DNA of 64,000 nt from Rhodocyclaceae bacterium. GTDB taxonomy: Bacteria > Pseudomonadota > Gammaproteobacteria > Burkholderiales > Rhodocyclaceae. Position 1 is the stretch's first letter. The number at the start of each line of letters is the position of its first letter. The notes under the pieces were generated by a model. It did not search any database and was not told the origin of the DNA. It saw only the letters and a program-made list of their open reading frames with translations. Position numbers and translations under genes: made by a program. The stretch spans positions 36,191-100,190 of the forward strand of contig JAEUNM010000099.1 in NCBI GenBank assembly GCA_016791105.1, in the 5' to 3' direction. This document shows positions 49,392 to 59,394 of this stretch, one piece after another.

Positions 49392-50434
49392 CACGAACCC
49401 GGCGCCAGTTTCCAGTCCAGCGTGCCGCCCGCGAACAGGGGCACCAGCGGATCGCCGTCCAGATAGGGCAAATGCGGCGGCACGCTGTGCGGCTCGCGCG
49501 CCAGCGTAATGGTATCGGTGTTGCGCGGCAGCCCGTACCAGTCCGGGCCATTGAAACTGGCGAAAGCCTCCAGCAAATCGAGCGCCCCGGCAGCATCGAA
49601 AGCCTGCGCGTACAACTCTATGCCGGCATAGGCGGTATAACAGCCGGCGCAGCCGCAGGCCGCCTCTTTGGTGCTTTGCGCATGCGGCGCCGAATCCGTG
49701 CCGAGAAAAAATTTTGGCGACCCGGAACACACCGCATCCACCAGCGCGAGGCGGTGACGCTCGCGCTTCAATACCGGCAGGCAGTAGTGGTGCGGCCGTA
49801 TGCCGCCCTGAAACAACGCATTGCGGTTCAGCAGCAAATGATGCGCGGTAATCGTGGCGGCCACGTTGGCAGCACTGCCGGTCACGAACGCCGCTGCCTG
49901 TTCCGTCGTGATGTGTTCGAGGACGACTCGTAAATCCGGATGGCGGATAAGCGTGGGCTCGAGTACGCGTTCGATAAAAACCGCTTCGCGGTCAAATATA
50001 TCCACATCAACATCGGTAACCTCCCCGTGAACCAGAAGCGGCATGCCTAGCGCGGACATGCGCCCCAACACCTCGTCGCAACGCTCGAGGTCCGTCACGC
50101 CGGACGCCGAATTGGTCGTCGCGCCGGCCGGGTAGAGCTTCACCGCATGCACGAAGCCGCTATCCCGCGCGCGCTCGATTTCGTCCGGCGCCGTAGCGTC
50201 AGTCAGATACAACGTCATGAGCGGTTCGAACTTGAATTCCGCCGGCGTCGCCGCGACGATGCGCGCGCGGTAGGCGGCGGCATCCGCCACCGTCACGACC
50301 GGCGGTTTCAGATTGGGCATCACGATGGCGCGGGCAAAGCGCCGCGCGGTGGCCGGCAACACGGCCGCCAGGGCGGCGCCGTCGCGCAGATGCAGATGCC
50401 AGTCGTCAGGACGGGTAATGGTGAGCGTTTCCAT
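49391..50434 (-). CDS. pyrC: Dihydroorotase (class II homodimeric type)
   Basis: [19 protein letters not shown] metal-binding motif and full amidohydrolase fold. ATG at 50434. Confidence 0.95.
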   Translation of the reverse strand: METLTITRPDDWHLHLRDGAALAAVLPATARRFARAIVMPNLKPPVVTVADAAAYRARIVAATPAEFKFEPLMTLYLTDATAPDEIERARDSGFVHAVKLYPAGATTNSASGVTDLERCDEVLGRMSALGMPLLVHGEVTDVDVDIFDREAVFIERVLEPTLIRHPDLRVVLEHITTEQAAAFVTGSAANVAATITAHHLLLNRNALFQGGIRPHHYCLPVLKRERHRLALVDAVCSGSPKFFLGTDSAPHAQSTKEAACGCAGCYTAYAGIELYAQAFDAAGALDLLEAFASFNGPDWYGLPRNTDTITLAREPHSVPPHLPYLDGDPLVPLFAGGTLDWKLAPGS

Positions 50435-50444
50435 GGCTTCGGAT

Positions 50445-51323
50445 TCAGTCTTCGGATTGTTGCGCGGCTTGCGCCAGCGCATGTTCGTAGAGAGCGTTGC
50501 GCGGCGCGCCAGTCAGTTCGGCCGCCAGTTTAACCGCCTGTTTGAGCGGCAAATCGGCCAGCAGCACGCCTAGTGTACGTGTCGCATGGGCATCCAGGGC
50601 AGCCCCGGCCCGCCGCGGCGGCGCCGACACCGCCAACACGAATTCCCCGCGCTGGCGCATGGCGTCTGCGGCCAGCCACTGCGGCGCCTGAGCAAGCGGC
50701 AGGCGCACGATCTGCTCGAATGTTTTCGACAGTTCGCGCGCAATCAGCAATTCGCGCTCGGGCTCCAGCAGGCTGGCCAGATCGGCCACACACTCGGCGA
50801 TGCGGTGTGGCGCTTCGTAAAACACCAGGGCGGCATCGATGTCGCGCAGGCTTTCGATTTGCCCGCGTCGCGCCTGCCCGCGCGCCGGCAAAAAACCGGC
50901 GAACAAAAAGCGTGCGTCCAGCAGACCGCCGGCGGAAAGTGCCGCCACCGCCGCGCAAGGCCCGGGCAGCGGTACCACCGGCAGACCCGCTTCCTGAAGG
51001 CTGCGCACCACGCGCGCACCGGGGTCGCTCCAGCCCGGCGTGCCGGCATCGGTAATGAGCGCCACGACTTTGCCTTCGGCCACCGCCTGCACGAGGCGCG
51101 CGGAGGCGGCGCGCTCGTTGTGCTCATGCACGGCGATGCACTGCGCGGCGATGCCGTAGTGCTGCAACAGGCGCGCGCTGTGCCGCGTATCTTCGCAGGC
51201 GACCAGTTCCGCCGCCCGCAGCACGTCGAGCGCGCGCAGCGTCAGATCGCCCAGATTGCCGATGGGCGTCGCGACCACATACAGCGCCGCGCCGGGCGCG
51301 CGACCGGAAAAATGTTCGGACAT
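50445..51323 (-). CDS. rsmI: 16S rRNA (cytidine1402-2'-O)-methyltransferase RsmI
   Basis: Tetrapyrrole-methylase fold ([19 protein letters not shown]...EDTRHS). Divergent from yraN, as in many proteobacteria. Confidence 0.92.
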   Translation of the reverse strand: MSEHFSGRAPGAALYVVATPIGNLGDLTLRALDVLRAAELVACEDTRHSARLLQHYGIAAQCIAVHEHNERAASARLVQAVAEGKVVALITDAGTPGWSDPGARVVRSLQEAGLPVVPLPGPCAAVAALSAGGLLDARFLFAGFLPARGQARRGQIESLRDIDAALVFYEAPHRIAECVADLASLLEPERELLIARELSKTFEQIVRLPLAQAPQWLAADAMRQRGEFVLAVSAPPRRAGAALDAHATRTLGVLLADLPLKQAVKLAAELTGAPRNALYEHALAQAAQQSED

Positions 51324-51448
51324 GCTGCAATCCTGGGACCAGCGGCCAGCATAACACCACCCCGGCTGCCTCGCGGCGCTACAATCCGCGCCATCCGGTG
51401 GTGATATTTTGCCTCTGTGGCAGCCCCGGCACGCGAGGACGGTGCGTT

Positions 51449-51802
51449 ATGGCAAAGCACAACGACGACGGCCGTGCAGCCGAAAATCTGGCGGCACAAC
51501 ACCTGACGCGGCAGGGCCTGGTGGTGGTCGAGCGCAACTGGCGCGCGCGTGGCGGCGAACTCGATCTGGTATGCCGCGACGGCGCCACCCTGGTTTTCGT
51601 GGAAGTGCGCCTGCGCGCCAACGCCGCATACGGCGGCGCCCTGGAAAGCATAGGCGCCACCAAGCGCCGCCGCCTGATCAGCGCGGCCGAACAATACTTG
51701 ACGCAATACCCCGCGCACCAATGCCGCTTCGACGTCGTGCTGCTGGATGGCGTAGAAGGCCGCCGCATCGAATGGATACGCGATGCGTTCGATGCCGACT
51801 GA
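51449..51802 (+). CDS. yraN: YraN-family (UPF0102) endonuclease-like protein
   Basis: GRAAENLAAQHLTRQGL...RNWRARGGELDLV...VFVEVR motif. ATG at 51449. Confidence 0.88.
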   Translation: MAKHNDDGRAAENLAAQHLTRQGLVVVERNWRARGGELDLVCRDGATLVFVEVRLRANAAYGGALESIGATKRRRLISAAEQYLTQYPAHQCRFDVVLLDGVEGRRIEWIRDAFDAD

Positions 51803-52199
51803 AGCCAGCGCCGGCACCCTGGCGCGCCGCGCCTGCGCCCTGCTGCTATGCCTGTTGTGGCTTGCCACGCCGGGCGCAGCCCTGGCGCAGAACCTGCGCA
51901 TGCTGGTGCAAAGTTCGCCGCTGGCGGGGTTTCAGTTTCATGCCGGCCCCCAGCTGTGGAACGAACTGAAGCCGGGTGACGCATTGAAACTGGTGCGTGA
52001 GCCCGACAATGCACACGACCCCAATGCCGTGCGCGTCGAATGGCGCGGCCGCAAGCTGGGCTATTTACCGCGCAGGGAAAATGCCATCGTGGCAGAACAG
52101 ATGGATCGCGGCGCCCGCGTCGAGGCGCGCATCGCGCGTCTGACCGAAACAGCCGATCCCTGGCAGCGCCTGCTCATAGACGTGATGCTCGTACTCTAA
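51783..52199 (+). CDS. HIRAN-domain protein with predicted signal peptide
   Basis: HIRAN core (GFQFHAG...GDALKLVREPDNAHDPNAVRVEW.GRKLGYLPR) preceded by the hydrophobic leader ACALLLCLLWLATPGAALA. Confidence 0.75.
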   Translation: MRSMPTEASAGTLARRACALLLCLLWLATPGAALAQNLRMLVQSSPLAGFQFHAGPQLWNELKPGDALKLVREPDNAHDPNAVRVEWRGRKLGYLPRRENAIVAEQMDRGARVEARIARLTETADPWQRLLIDVMLVL

Positions 52200-52269
52200 A
52201 CCATACCCCCCGAATCTCGCCAGAATTGGCGACATCGCCCGAGTTGGCATGAAGCAACCATAAACTTCT

Positions 52270-52297
52270 TTGCACGGTCGATTTTTGCGCATATCAT
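52270..52297 (+). promoter_or_regulatory. Candidate sigma-70 promoter of the pilus-like operon
   Basis: TTGCAC-N16-TATCAT, located 28 nt upstream of the secretin GTG start. Confidence 0.4.
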
Positions 52298-52324
52298 GCA
52301 AGAATTGCGTAAGAATGACCAAAA

Positions 52325-54205
52325 GTGCGCGCAACTCCACAACCCACGGTACCTAACGCACACGGCTCAGCGATTTCAATTGCTGCGCTCTTGCTCGTTT
52401 TGCTGGCCGGTTGTGCCGGCACCACGCTGCGACCGGGTACCGACAACCATATTTCACGCGATAGGGCACAAGCACGGCCCATTGCATCGATTCCGCCACC
52501 TGTACGCCACAGTTACCACCTGCCACCGCCACTTCCGGCGCCAGAAGTGGAAACTTATAGCGTGGTCGTCAATCGCGTTCCAGTACATGAATTATTGTTT
52601 TCCATCGCACGCGACGCGCGTCTCAACGTAGACATACACCCAGGCATACGCGGCACCGTCACGCTCAATGCGCTCGACCAAAGCTTGCCGCAATTGCTCA
52701 CGCGCATCGCGCGTCAGGCCGACGTGCGCTTCGAACTGGAGGCGGACGTGCTCACCGTCATGCCGGACAGTCCGCTGCTGCGCCACTACCGCATCGATTA
52801 CGTAAACATGACGCGCGACACGACCGGCACGCTATCGGTGACTACCCAGGTGGCAAATACGGGCGCATCCATGGGCACGGCGGCGGCGGGCAATAATTCG
52901 ATTACCCGCATCGAAAACCGCGTGCAGAGCCGCTTCTGGGAAACCCTGGTGCAGAACGTAAAAGACATCCTGCACGAAACCGACAAGATACTGCCCGAAG
53001 GTTCGAGCGAAACCACGGTAGAAAAAAACGATACGCAAAGTACCACCGGTACCGGGGCTGCCCCTGCGCCGACAGCACCGGCACCGGCCACCCGCAGTCG
53101 CAGCCGCAGTGCCGGCGGCGCGCCAGCGGCCGCGGCCGCTACGCTCGCCACCAGCCCCAACCCGGCCAGCCTGCAGAACCAGGCGACGACCGTGGTGCGC
53201 ACCACCACTTACCGGGAGGCGGCCTCAGTCATCGCGCACCCCGAATCGGGCGTGCTATCCGTGCGCGCCACCGCGCGCCAGCACGAAAAGATCGCCGAAT
53301 TCATAGACCGCGTCATGGATGCGGCCGGGCGCCAAGTGCTGATCGAAGCCACGGTGCTGGAAGTTCAACTTGCCAACAACTACCAGCAGGGCATAGATTG
53401 GTCCAGGCTGCGCCTGGATGGCACCGGTTTCCGCCTCAGCCAGCGCGCCGTGGGGAGCATTTCGGCACCGCCCGCCAGCCTGTTCGAACTGGGTTATACC
53501 AACGCCGATTCGCGCGTCGGCAATCTGAGCGCGACGGTGCGGCTGCTCGAATCTTTCGGCAACGTAAAAGTATTGTCCAGCCCCAAACTTTCGGTCATGA
53601 ACAACCAGACCGCGGTACTGAAGGTGGTGGATAACGCGGTTTATTTCACGATACAGAGCAACACCAACCAGAACCAAGCGACCACCACCACCACGTTCAC
53701 AACCAATCTTTATTCCGTCCCGGTCGGTTTCGTCATGACCGTCACGCCGCAGGTGAGCGACAGCCGCGCCGTGGTGCTGAACCTGCGCCCCAGCGTATCG
53801 CGCATCATCGGTACGGTGGCCGACCCCAACCCGGAATTGAAACGTGCTGGCGTCACCAGCGAAATTCCCGTCATACGCACGCGCGAAATGGATTCCGTGC
53901 TGCGCGTCGAAGACGGCAATATCGCCGTCATGGGCGGTTTGATGGAAGACGTGCTGGACCAGCGCGACGACACGGTACCGCTGCTGTCGCGCCTGCCCCT
54001 GGTGGGCGGGGTGTTCGCCAACCGCAACGACACCGTGCGCAAAACCGAACTGGTGGTGTTTCTGCGGCCTACCGTGATTCGCCACGCATCGCTGCAGGGC
54101 GACTACGGTCATCTAACCGAAAAAGTGCCCGGCCAGGATTTTTTCCTCCACGACCCCGCGCCGGCACGCCCGCTCGGACTGGAAAGCGAACATGCGCGGC
54201 ACTGA
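52325..54205 (+). CDS. Secretin lipoprotein (MshL/GspD/PilQ family)
   Basis: Lipobox LLAGC, N-domains and C-terminal secretin domain (VKVLSSPKLSVMNNQTAVLKVVDN...IPVIRTREMDS). GTG start. Confidence 0.9.
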   Translation: MRATPQPTVPNAHGSAISIAALLLVLLAGCAGTTLRPGTDNHISRDRAQARPIASIPPPVRHSYHLPPPLPAPEVETYSVVVNRVPVHELLFSIARDARLNVDIHPGIRGTVTLNALDQSLPQLLTRIARQADVRFELEADVLTVMPDSPLLRHYRIDYVNMTRDTTGTLSVTTQVANTGASMGTAAAGNNSITRIENRVQSRFWETLVQNVKDILHETDKILPEGSSETTVEKNDTQSTTGTGAAPAPTAPAPATRSRSRSAGGAPAAAAATLATSPNPASLQNQATTVVRTTTYREAASVIAHPESGVLSVRATARQHEKIAEFIDRVMDAAGRQVLIEATVLEVQLANNYQQGIDWSRLRLDGTGFRLSQRAVGSISAPPASLFELGYTNADSRVGNLSATVRLLESFGNVKVLSSPKLSVMNNQTAVLKVVDNAVYFTIQSNTNQNQATTTTTFTTNLYSVPVGFVMTVTPQVSDSRAVVLNLRPSVSRIIGTVADPNPELKRAGVTSEIPVIRTREMDSVLRVEDGNIAVMGGLMEDVLDQRDDTVPLLSRLPLVGGVFANRNDTVRKTELVVFLRPTVIRHASLQGDYGHLTEKVPGQDFFLHDPAPARPLGLESEHARH

Positions 54206-54950
54206 CGCTATTCGCTGCGCGGGTACCCTGGCGTGTTGGCTCGCGGCCTGCTTGGCCGGCGCCACGGCCAGTGCCCAGGCGGCCGGAGCCGGCGCTGCGT
54301 CCCCACCTGATGCGGCCGAACCGCCTGCGGCGGACGCCGGCCCGCGCCTGCGCAAGGAGCGCCGCCTGCTGCCGGCCGACCCCGATCTGTTGCGCGCCTG
54401 GCGTGCCTATGGCGAGGGCGAGCACGCGGCCGCCCGCTCGGCCTACCTGGCGGCGCTGGCACATGACGCGGGCAATGTGCAAGCCTGGAACGGCCTTGCG
54501 CTGCTCGCGCTACAGGGCGGAAACCACGCCGCCGCGCTGGAATGCTATCGCCGCGCCGCCGCTGCCGATCCCAAAAACCCCGCGGCGCTGGCCGGGTTGG
54601 CGCTGCTCGAAGCACGGCCGGCGGCCGATGCGGCACTCCGCCTCAAACAACTATTGGCGGAACAGCCGCGCGCCGCCGCCCTGCACTTCGCACTGGGCAA
54701 TATTTACGCCGACCAAGCCCAATGGGGCGAGGCAGAGCGCGCCTATTTTGCGGCGCTCGATCTGGAAGGCGACAACCCGGACTATCTGTTCAACCTCGCC
54801 GTCAGTCTCGATCACCTGCGCCAGCCACACGCCGCACTGCGGCACTATCGCGCCGCGCTGGTGGCGGCAGGCGGCAAACCGACCGCCTTTGCGCCGGCTG
54901 ACGCCGAACGCCGCATCGCAGAACTATCGGCCTTGGTAGATAGGCCATGA
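54192..54950 (+). CDS. TPR-repeat protein (MshN-like position)
   Basis: Signal peptide, then several TPR-like repeats (AWNGLALLALQGGNHAAALECYRRAAAADPKN...). Start overlaps the secretin stop. Confidence 0.75.
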   Translation: MRGTDAIRCAGTLACWLAACLAGATASAQAAGAGAASPPDAAEPPAADAGPRLRKERRLLPADPDLLRAWRAYGEGEHAAARSAYLAALAHDAGNVQAWNGLALLALQGGNHAAALECYRRAAAADPKNPAALAGLALLEARPAADAALRLKQLLAEQPRAAALHFALGNIYADQAQWGEAERAYFAALDLEGDNPDYLFNLAVSLDHLRQPHAALRHYRAALVAAGGKPTAFAPADAERRIAELSALVDRP

Positions 54951-56671
54951 AACCCGCCGCCTTGCCGCTGGGCCAGCAATTGATCGCGCGCGGGCTGGTG
55001 AGCGAAGACCAGTTGCGCATCGCCCTGATGGAGCAGGATCGCAGCAAACTGCCGCTCGGCAAACTGCTGGTGAGGCTGGGGTTCGTATCCGAAGCGGCGC
55101 TGCGCGATGCGCTGGGTGAAGTTCAGGGCCACCGCACCGTCGATCTTGCCCACACCCTGGCCGACCACGAAGCATTGGCCTTGGTGCCGCAGGACTTGGC
55201 GCGCCGGCACCGCCTGCTGGCACTGTCCTGGCAGCCGGAGGCGCGCCGCATCACGGTTGCCATGGCCGACAGCAACGATTTGCTCGCCATGGACCAATTG
55301 CGCGCCCGGCTGCCGGCTGGCACACAGGTGGAGGCGCTGATTGCCGGCGAATCCGACATCGCCCGCGCCATCGATCGCTACTATGGCTTCGATCTGTCGC
55401 TGGACGGCATCCTCACCGAAATCGAAACCGGCCGCGCCGATCCACGCCTGGCGGCTGCCGCAGCCACTGAATACAGCCAGCCCGTGGTGCGCCTGGTGGA
55501 TGCCCTGCTGTCCGATGCAGTCAAGCGCGGCGCGTCCGACCTGCATTTCGAACCGGAAGAAAGTTTTTTGCGCATACGCCTGCGCATAGACGGCATCCTG
55601 CATCAGGTGCGCGCGCTGCATCAATCTTACTGGCCGGCCATGGCGGTGCGCGTGAAGGTAATGGCGGGCCTCAACATCGCCGAGACGCGCGCACCCCAGG
55701 ACGGCCGCATCACGCTCAACACTAACGGCAGACTGATCGATTACCGCGTATCGGTACAGCCCACGCTGCACGGCGAAAATATCGTGCTGCGCATACTGGA
55801 CCGCGAGCGCGGCATTCTGAAGCTGGATGGCCTGGGCCTGGCGGATGCCCAGCTCGACACGCTCAAACTGATGCTGGCACGCCCGTCCGGCATCATCCTG
55901 GTGACCGGCCCCACCGGCAGCGGCAAAACCACCACGCTTTATTCGGTCTTATCCGCCATCAGTTCCGAATCCATCAACGTGATGACGCTGGAAGATCCGG
56001 TCGAATACCCGCTGCCGCTGATCCGCCAGACCTCCGTGGCCGACGCGGTCAAGCTCGATTTCGCCAACGGCATACGCTCCATCATGCGGCAGGATCCGGA
56101 CGTCATCCTGGTCGGCGAAATACGCGACGCGGATACCGCGCAAATGGCTTTCCGCGCAGCCATGACGGGCCATCAGGTGTTTTCCACCCTGCACACCAAT
56201 TCGGCGCTGGGTGCCATTCCACGCCTGCTGGACCTCGGCATATTGCCCGACATCCTGGCCGGCAACGTGGTCGGCGTGATTGGCCAGCGCCTGCTGCGCC
56301 GCCTGTGCGTCGAGTGCCGCCAGCCGCACGCCCCGGACGCGGCCGAGTTGCAACTATTGGGCTGGCGCGAAGACCGTCCGGCACCGGCCTTATTTCGCGC
56401 CAAAGGCTGCACGCATTGCGCGCATCAGGGCTATCGCGGGCGCCTCGCCATCATGGAAATCATGCGGCTGGACGCCGATATCGACGACCTCATCGCGCGC
56501 CGCGCGCTGCCGCGCGAATTGCGTGCCGCGGCACGCGCCAAAGGGTTCCGCAGCCTGGCCGACGACGGTCTGCGGCGCGTGCTGGACGGCTCCACCTCGC
56601 TGGCGGAATTGAGCCGCGTGGTGGACCTCACCGATCGCATGCCGGCAGCCAGTGCCGACTGGGCCGCCTGA
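54947..56671 (+). CDS. GspE/PilB/MshE-family secretion ATPase with MshEN-type N-terminal domain
   Basis: Walker A GPTGSGKTTT, Asp and His boxes, tetracysteine CVEC...CTHC. N-terminal tandem LGxxLIxxGLV motifs. ATGA overlap with the upstream gene. Confidence 0.95.
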   Translation: MKPAALPLGQQLIARGLVSEDQLRIALMEQDRSKLPLGKLLVRLGFVSEAALRDALGEVQGHRTVDLAHTLADHEALALVPQDLARRHRLLALSWQPEARRITVAMADSNDLLAMDQLRARLPAGTQVEALIAGESDIARAIDRYYGFDLSLDGILTEIETGRADPRLAAAAATEYSQPVVRLVDALLSDAVKRGASDLHFEPEESFLRIRLRIDGILHQVRALHQSYWPAMAVRVKVMAGLNIAETRAPQDGRITLNTNGRLIDYRVSVQPTLHGENIVLRILDRERGILKLDGLGLADAQLDTLKLMLARPSGIILVTGPTGSGKTTTLYSVLSAISSESINVMTLEDPVEYPLPLIRQTSVADAVKLDFANGIRSIMRQDPDVILVGEIRDADTAQMAFRAAMTGHQVFSTLHTNSALGAIPRLLDLGILPDILAGNVVGVIGQRLLRRLCVECRQPHAPDAAELQLLGWREDRPAPALFRAKGCTHCAHQGYRGRLAIMEIMRLDADIDDLIARRALPRELRAAARAKGFRSLADDGLRRVLDGSTSLAELSRVVDLTDRMPAASADWAA

Positions 56672-57887
56672 GTCCGCCGCCGTGGCCTTGCATCGCTACA
56701 AAGCCGTCAATGCCGAGGGGCGCGTGGTGCATGGCCAGATCGAGGCGGCCAATGTCGTGGACCTCGAATTGCGTCTGTCCCACATGGGGCTGGATTTCGT
56801 ATCCGGCGCGCCGGCACGCCGTGCATTGCAATTGCGCCGCCGCCGCGGCGTGCCGCGGCGCGAATTGATCGCATTCTGTTTCCACCTCGAACAGTTGCAG
56901 AAAGTCGGCATAGGCATGCTGGAAGCGCTGGCCGATCTGCGCGAGTCCACCGAACACGAGGGCATGCGCAGTGTGATCGGTGCGGTGCATGAAAGCATAC
57001 AGGGCGGGCGCACCCTGTCGCAGGCGCTGGACGAACACCCGCGTGTATTCAGTCGCGTGTTTTGCGCACTGGTGCGCGCGGGCGAAACCAGCGGCACGCT
57101 GCCGCAGGTGTTGCGCGAACTCACCGACGCACTCAAATGGGAGGACGAACTTGCCGCGCACACGCGCTCGCTGGTCGCTTATCCCGCCTTCGCGGGCGTG
57201 GTGCTATTGGGCGTGGCGGGCGTGCTCATATTTGTCGTGGTGCCCGAATTGGCGCACTTTCTGCGTGCCATGGGGGGCGATCTGCCCTGGCAGACGCGCG
57301 CCCTGATCGGCATCGCCGATATCCTGCGCGCGCTGTGGCCGCTGCTGGTGCTGCTGCCCGTCGTCGCCACGCTTGGTTTGCGCATCGCCTATGAGTACAG
57401 CGGCGCCGTGCGTTATCGCAGCGACCGGCTCAAACTCCAATTGCCTTTAGTCGGCCCGGTGCTGCATAAAATCATCCTGGCCCGGCTCACATCGGTGTTC
57501 GCCATGATGTACGCCGCCGGCATTGCGGTGACCGAAATCGTGCGCCAGTCCGAAGAGGCGGCCGGCAATGCCGTGATGCGCGACGCGCTGCGCCGTGCCG
57601 GCACGCTCATCAACGAAGGCCAGAACCTCAGCCTGGCATTCCAGGCGGCCGGCCTGTTTCCGCCGCTGGTACAGCGCATGCTCAAAGTGGGCGAAGCCAC
57701 CGGCGCGCTGGATAACGCGCTGGCCAACGCAGCCTATTTCTATCACCGCGACGTGCGCGAATCCATCACGCGCGCGCAGGCGGTGATCGAACCTTTACTG
57801 ACCGTACTGCTGGGCCTGTTGCTGCTCACGGTGGCCATGTCGGTGCTGGGGCCGGTGTTCGACATGCTGGGCAAATTGCGCATCTGA
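56652..57887 (+). CDS. GspF/PilC/MshG-family inner-membrane platform protein
   Basis: Duplicated T2SSF domain and three TM segments. Start is the GTG at 56652 or the GTG at 56682 (VALHRYKAVNAEGR). Confidence 0.92.
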   Translation: MPTGPPESAAVALHRYKAVNAEGRVVHGQIEAANVVDLELRLSHMGLDFVSGAPARRALQLRRRRGVPRRELIAFCFHLEQLQKVGIGMLEALADLRESTEHEGMRSVIGAVHESIQGGRTLSQALDEHPRVFSRVFCALVRAGETSGTLPQVLRELTDALKWEDELAAHTRSLVAYPAFAGVVLLGVAGVLIFVVVPELAHFLRAMGGDLPWQTRALIGIADILRALWPLLVLLPVVATLGLRIAYEYSGAVRYRSDRLKLQLPLVGPVLHKIILARLTSVFAMMYAAGIAVTEIVRQSEEAAGNAVMRDALRRAGTLINEGQNLSLAFQAAGLFPPLVQRMLKVGEATGALDNALANAAYFYHRDVRESITRAQAVIEPLLTVLLGLLLLTVAMSVLGPVFDMLGKLRI

Positions 57888-57891
57888 TGCC

Positions 57892-59394
57892 ATGGCAGAC
57901 CGGCGCCTGCTCTATCTGTTCGACCACGGCCTTGTTGCCTATCGACGCGCGGACGGAGGCCTGCTGGCGGATGCGGAATTTGCCGGCGATGAAGCAGGTC
58001 AGGCGCAATTTTCGGCCTACGTGGCGGGGCAGCGCAGCGCGGTATTCAGTGTCCTGGCCGATGTGGGCGAAGAAGCCTATCACTACGAAAAAGTGCCCTT
58101 TGTGCGCGGTGCCGACCGCAAGGCCTTATTTGCGCGCAAACTGGCGCAATTCGTGTATGGCTCGCCCTATAGCCTCGTCATATCGCATGGGCGCGAAAAA
58201 ACCGGCCGCCGCGACGAGCGCGTGGTATTCACGGGACTGGCGCGGCCCGGCCAATTCGAACATTGGCTCACGGCCATCGTGCAAAACGAAGCACCGCTGG
58301 CCGAATTACACAGTCTGGCACTGGTCAGCACGGCCTTGCTCAAACGCTTGAAGCGCAAGGACGAGCGCCTGCTGCTCATCAGCCGCACCCGCGCCGGACT
58401 GCGCCAAAGTTATTTCGAACAAGGCGTGCTGCGCCTCTCGCGCCTGACGCCCGCCGCCTTGCTGGCCGGCCTGCCGGATGCCGACGCGGCGCTGCAGGAA
58501 GCGCGCCGCCTGCACCATTACCTGGCCGGACAGCGCGCGTTCGCGCGCGACAGCGTGCTGCCGGTTCTATTCCTGCTCAGCGGCCCCGACGTGACAGACT
58601 TGCAAGGCGCGCTCGCGGACGAACCAAATCTAAGTGCCGTGCCGCTGGATCTGGCGCAGGCAGCCAGCGCCTGCGGTGTGCAGCCCGTGCCGCAGGATGG
58701 ACTAAGCGAAACCCTGTTTCTGCACTTGATGCAGACACACCCGCCGGCGCGTCAGTTGGCGGCGCCGGCATTGCGGCGCTTCGATGCACTGCGCCGCGCG
58801 CGCCGCAACCTGCCGCTGGCTGCCGCAGCCGCCTGTGCCTGCGCTTGCACCGCCGCCGCGGGGCTGCTCTGGCAAAGCAGCCAATTGAACGACCAAAGCG
58901 CCATATTGCGCGGCCAGGCGCAAACCGTTGCGGCACAGATCAGGTCCATCGAAGCTTCACTACCGCAACCACCCTATGCGCCGGAAACGTTGGCCCGAGC
59001 CGTGGCCGGGTTGCAAACGCTGGAGCGCGGCAACTTTGCCCCGCGCGTGTTGCTACTACCCCTGTCGCGCAGCCTGGATCGCTTTCCGGACATCGACTTG
59101 CACAGTATGGAGTGGTCGCTGCAACCGCCGCGCCCGGCCTCACCGGCCGCCCCTGCGCAGAGCGCGCTGGCCAGCCTGAGCGTGCAGGCCGAACTTGCAT
59201 CCGGCAGCGCGCAGGATATGCGCGAGGGCCTCGACCGCGTGGCGGCATTCGTGGACGATTTGCGCACCCAGCGCGTGGAAGTCGTGGTGCTGCGCCAGCC
59301 TTTCGACCTCGATGCCGGCTTTGCGCTGCGCGCCGCGGCGGACACCCAGGCGCCGGCGCGCTTTGCCCTGCGTCTGACGACAGACCATCCATGA
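57892..59394 (+). CDS. Hypothetical 500-aa assembly protein (PilM/PilN-fusion or MshI-like by architecture)
   Basis: Cytoplasmic N-domain, one central TM (LPLAAAAACACACTAAAGLLW), periplasmic C-domain. Assignment rests on position and topology only. Confidence 0.55.
   Translation: MADRRLLYLFDHGLVAYRRADGGLLADAEFAGDEAGQAQFSAYVAGQRSAVFSVLADVGEEAYHYEKVPFVRGADRKALFARKLAQFVYGSPYSLVISHGREKTGRRDERVVFTGLARPGQFEHWLTAIVQNEAPLAELHSLALVSTALLKRLKRKDERLLLISRTRAGLRQSYFEQGVLRLSRLTPAALLAGLPDADAALQEARRLHHYLAGQRAFARDSVLPVLFLLSGPDVTDLQGALADEPNLSAVPLDLAQAASACGVQPVPQDGLSETLFLHLMQTHPPARQLAAPALRRFDALRRARRNLPLAAAAACACACTAAAGLLWQSSQLNDQSAILRGQAQTVAAQIRSIEASLPQPPYAPETLARAVAGLQTLERGNFAPRVLLLPLSRSLDRFPDIDLHSMEWSLQPPRPASPAAPAQSALASLSVQAELASGSAQDMREGLDRVAAFVDDLRTQRVEVVVLRQPFDLDAGFALRAAADTQAPARFALRLTTDHP

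Noticed and set aside
58263-59390. 5-prime three quarters of the 568-aa ORF 58263..59969
   Set aside because: The translation is Arg/Pro/Ala-rich noise and overlaps the sensible 500-aa frame (57892..59394). Only the part from the ATG at 59391 (MKLAVEW..., TM plus coiled coil) is credible.
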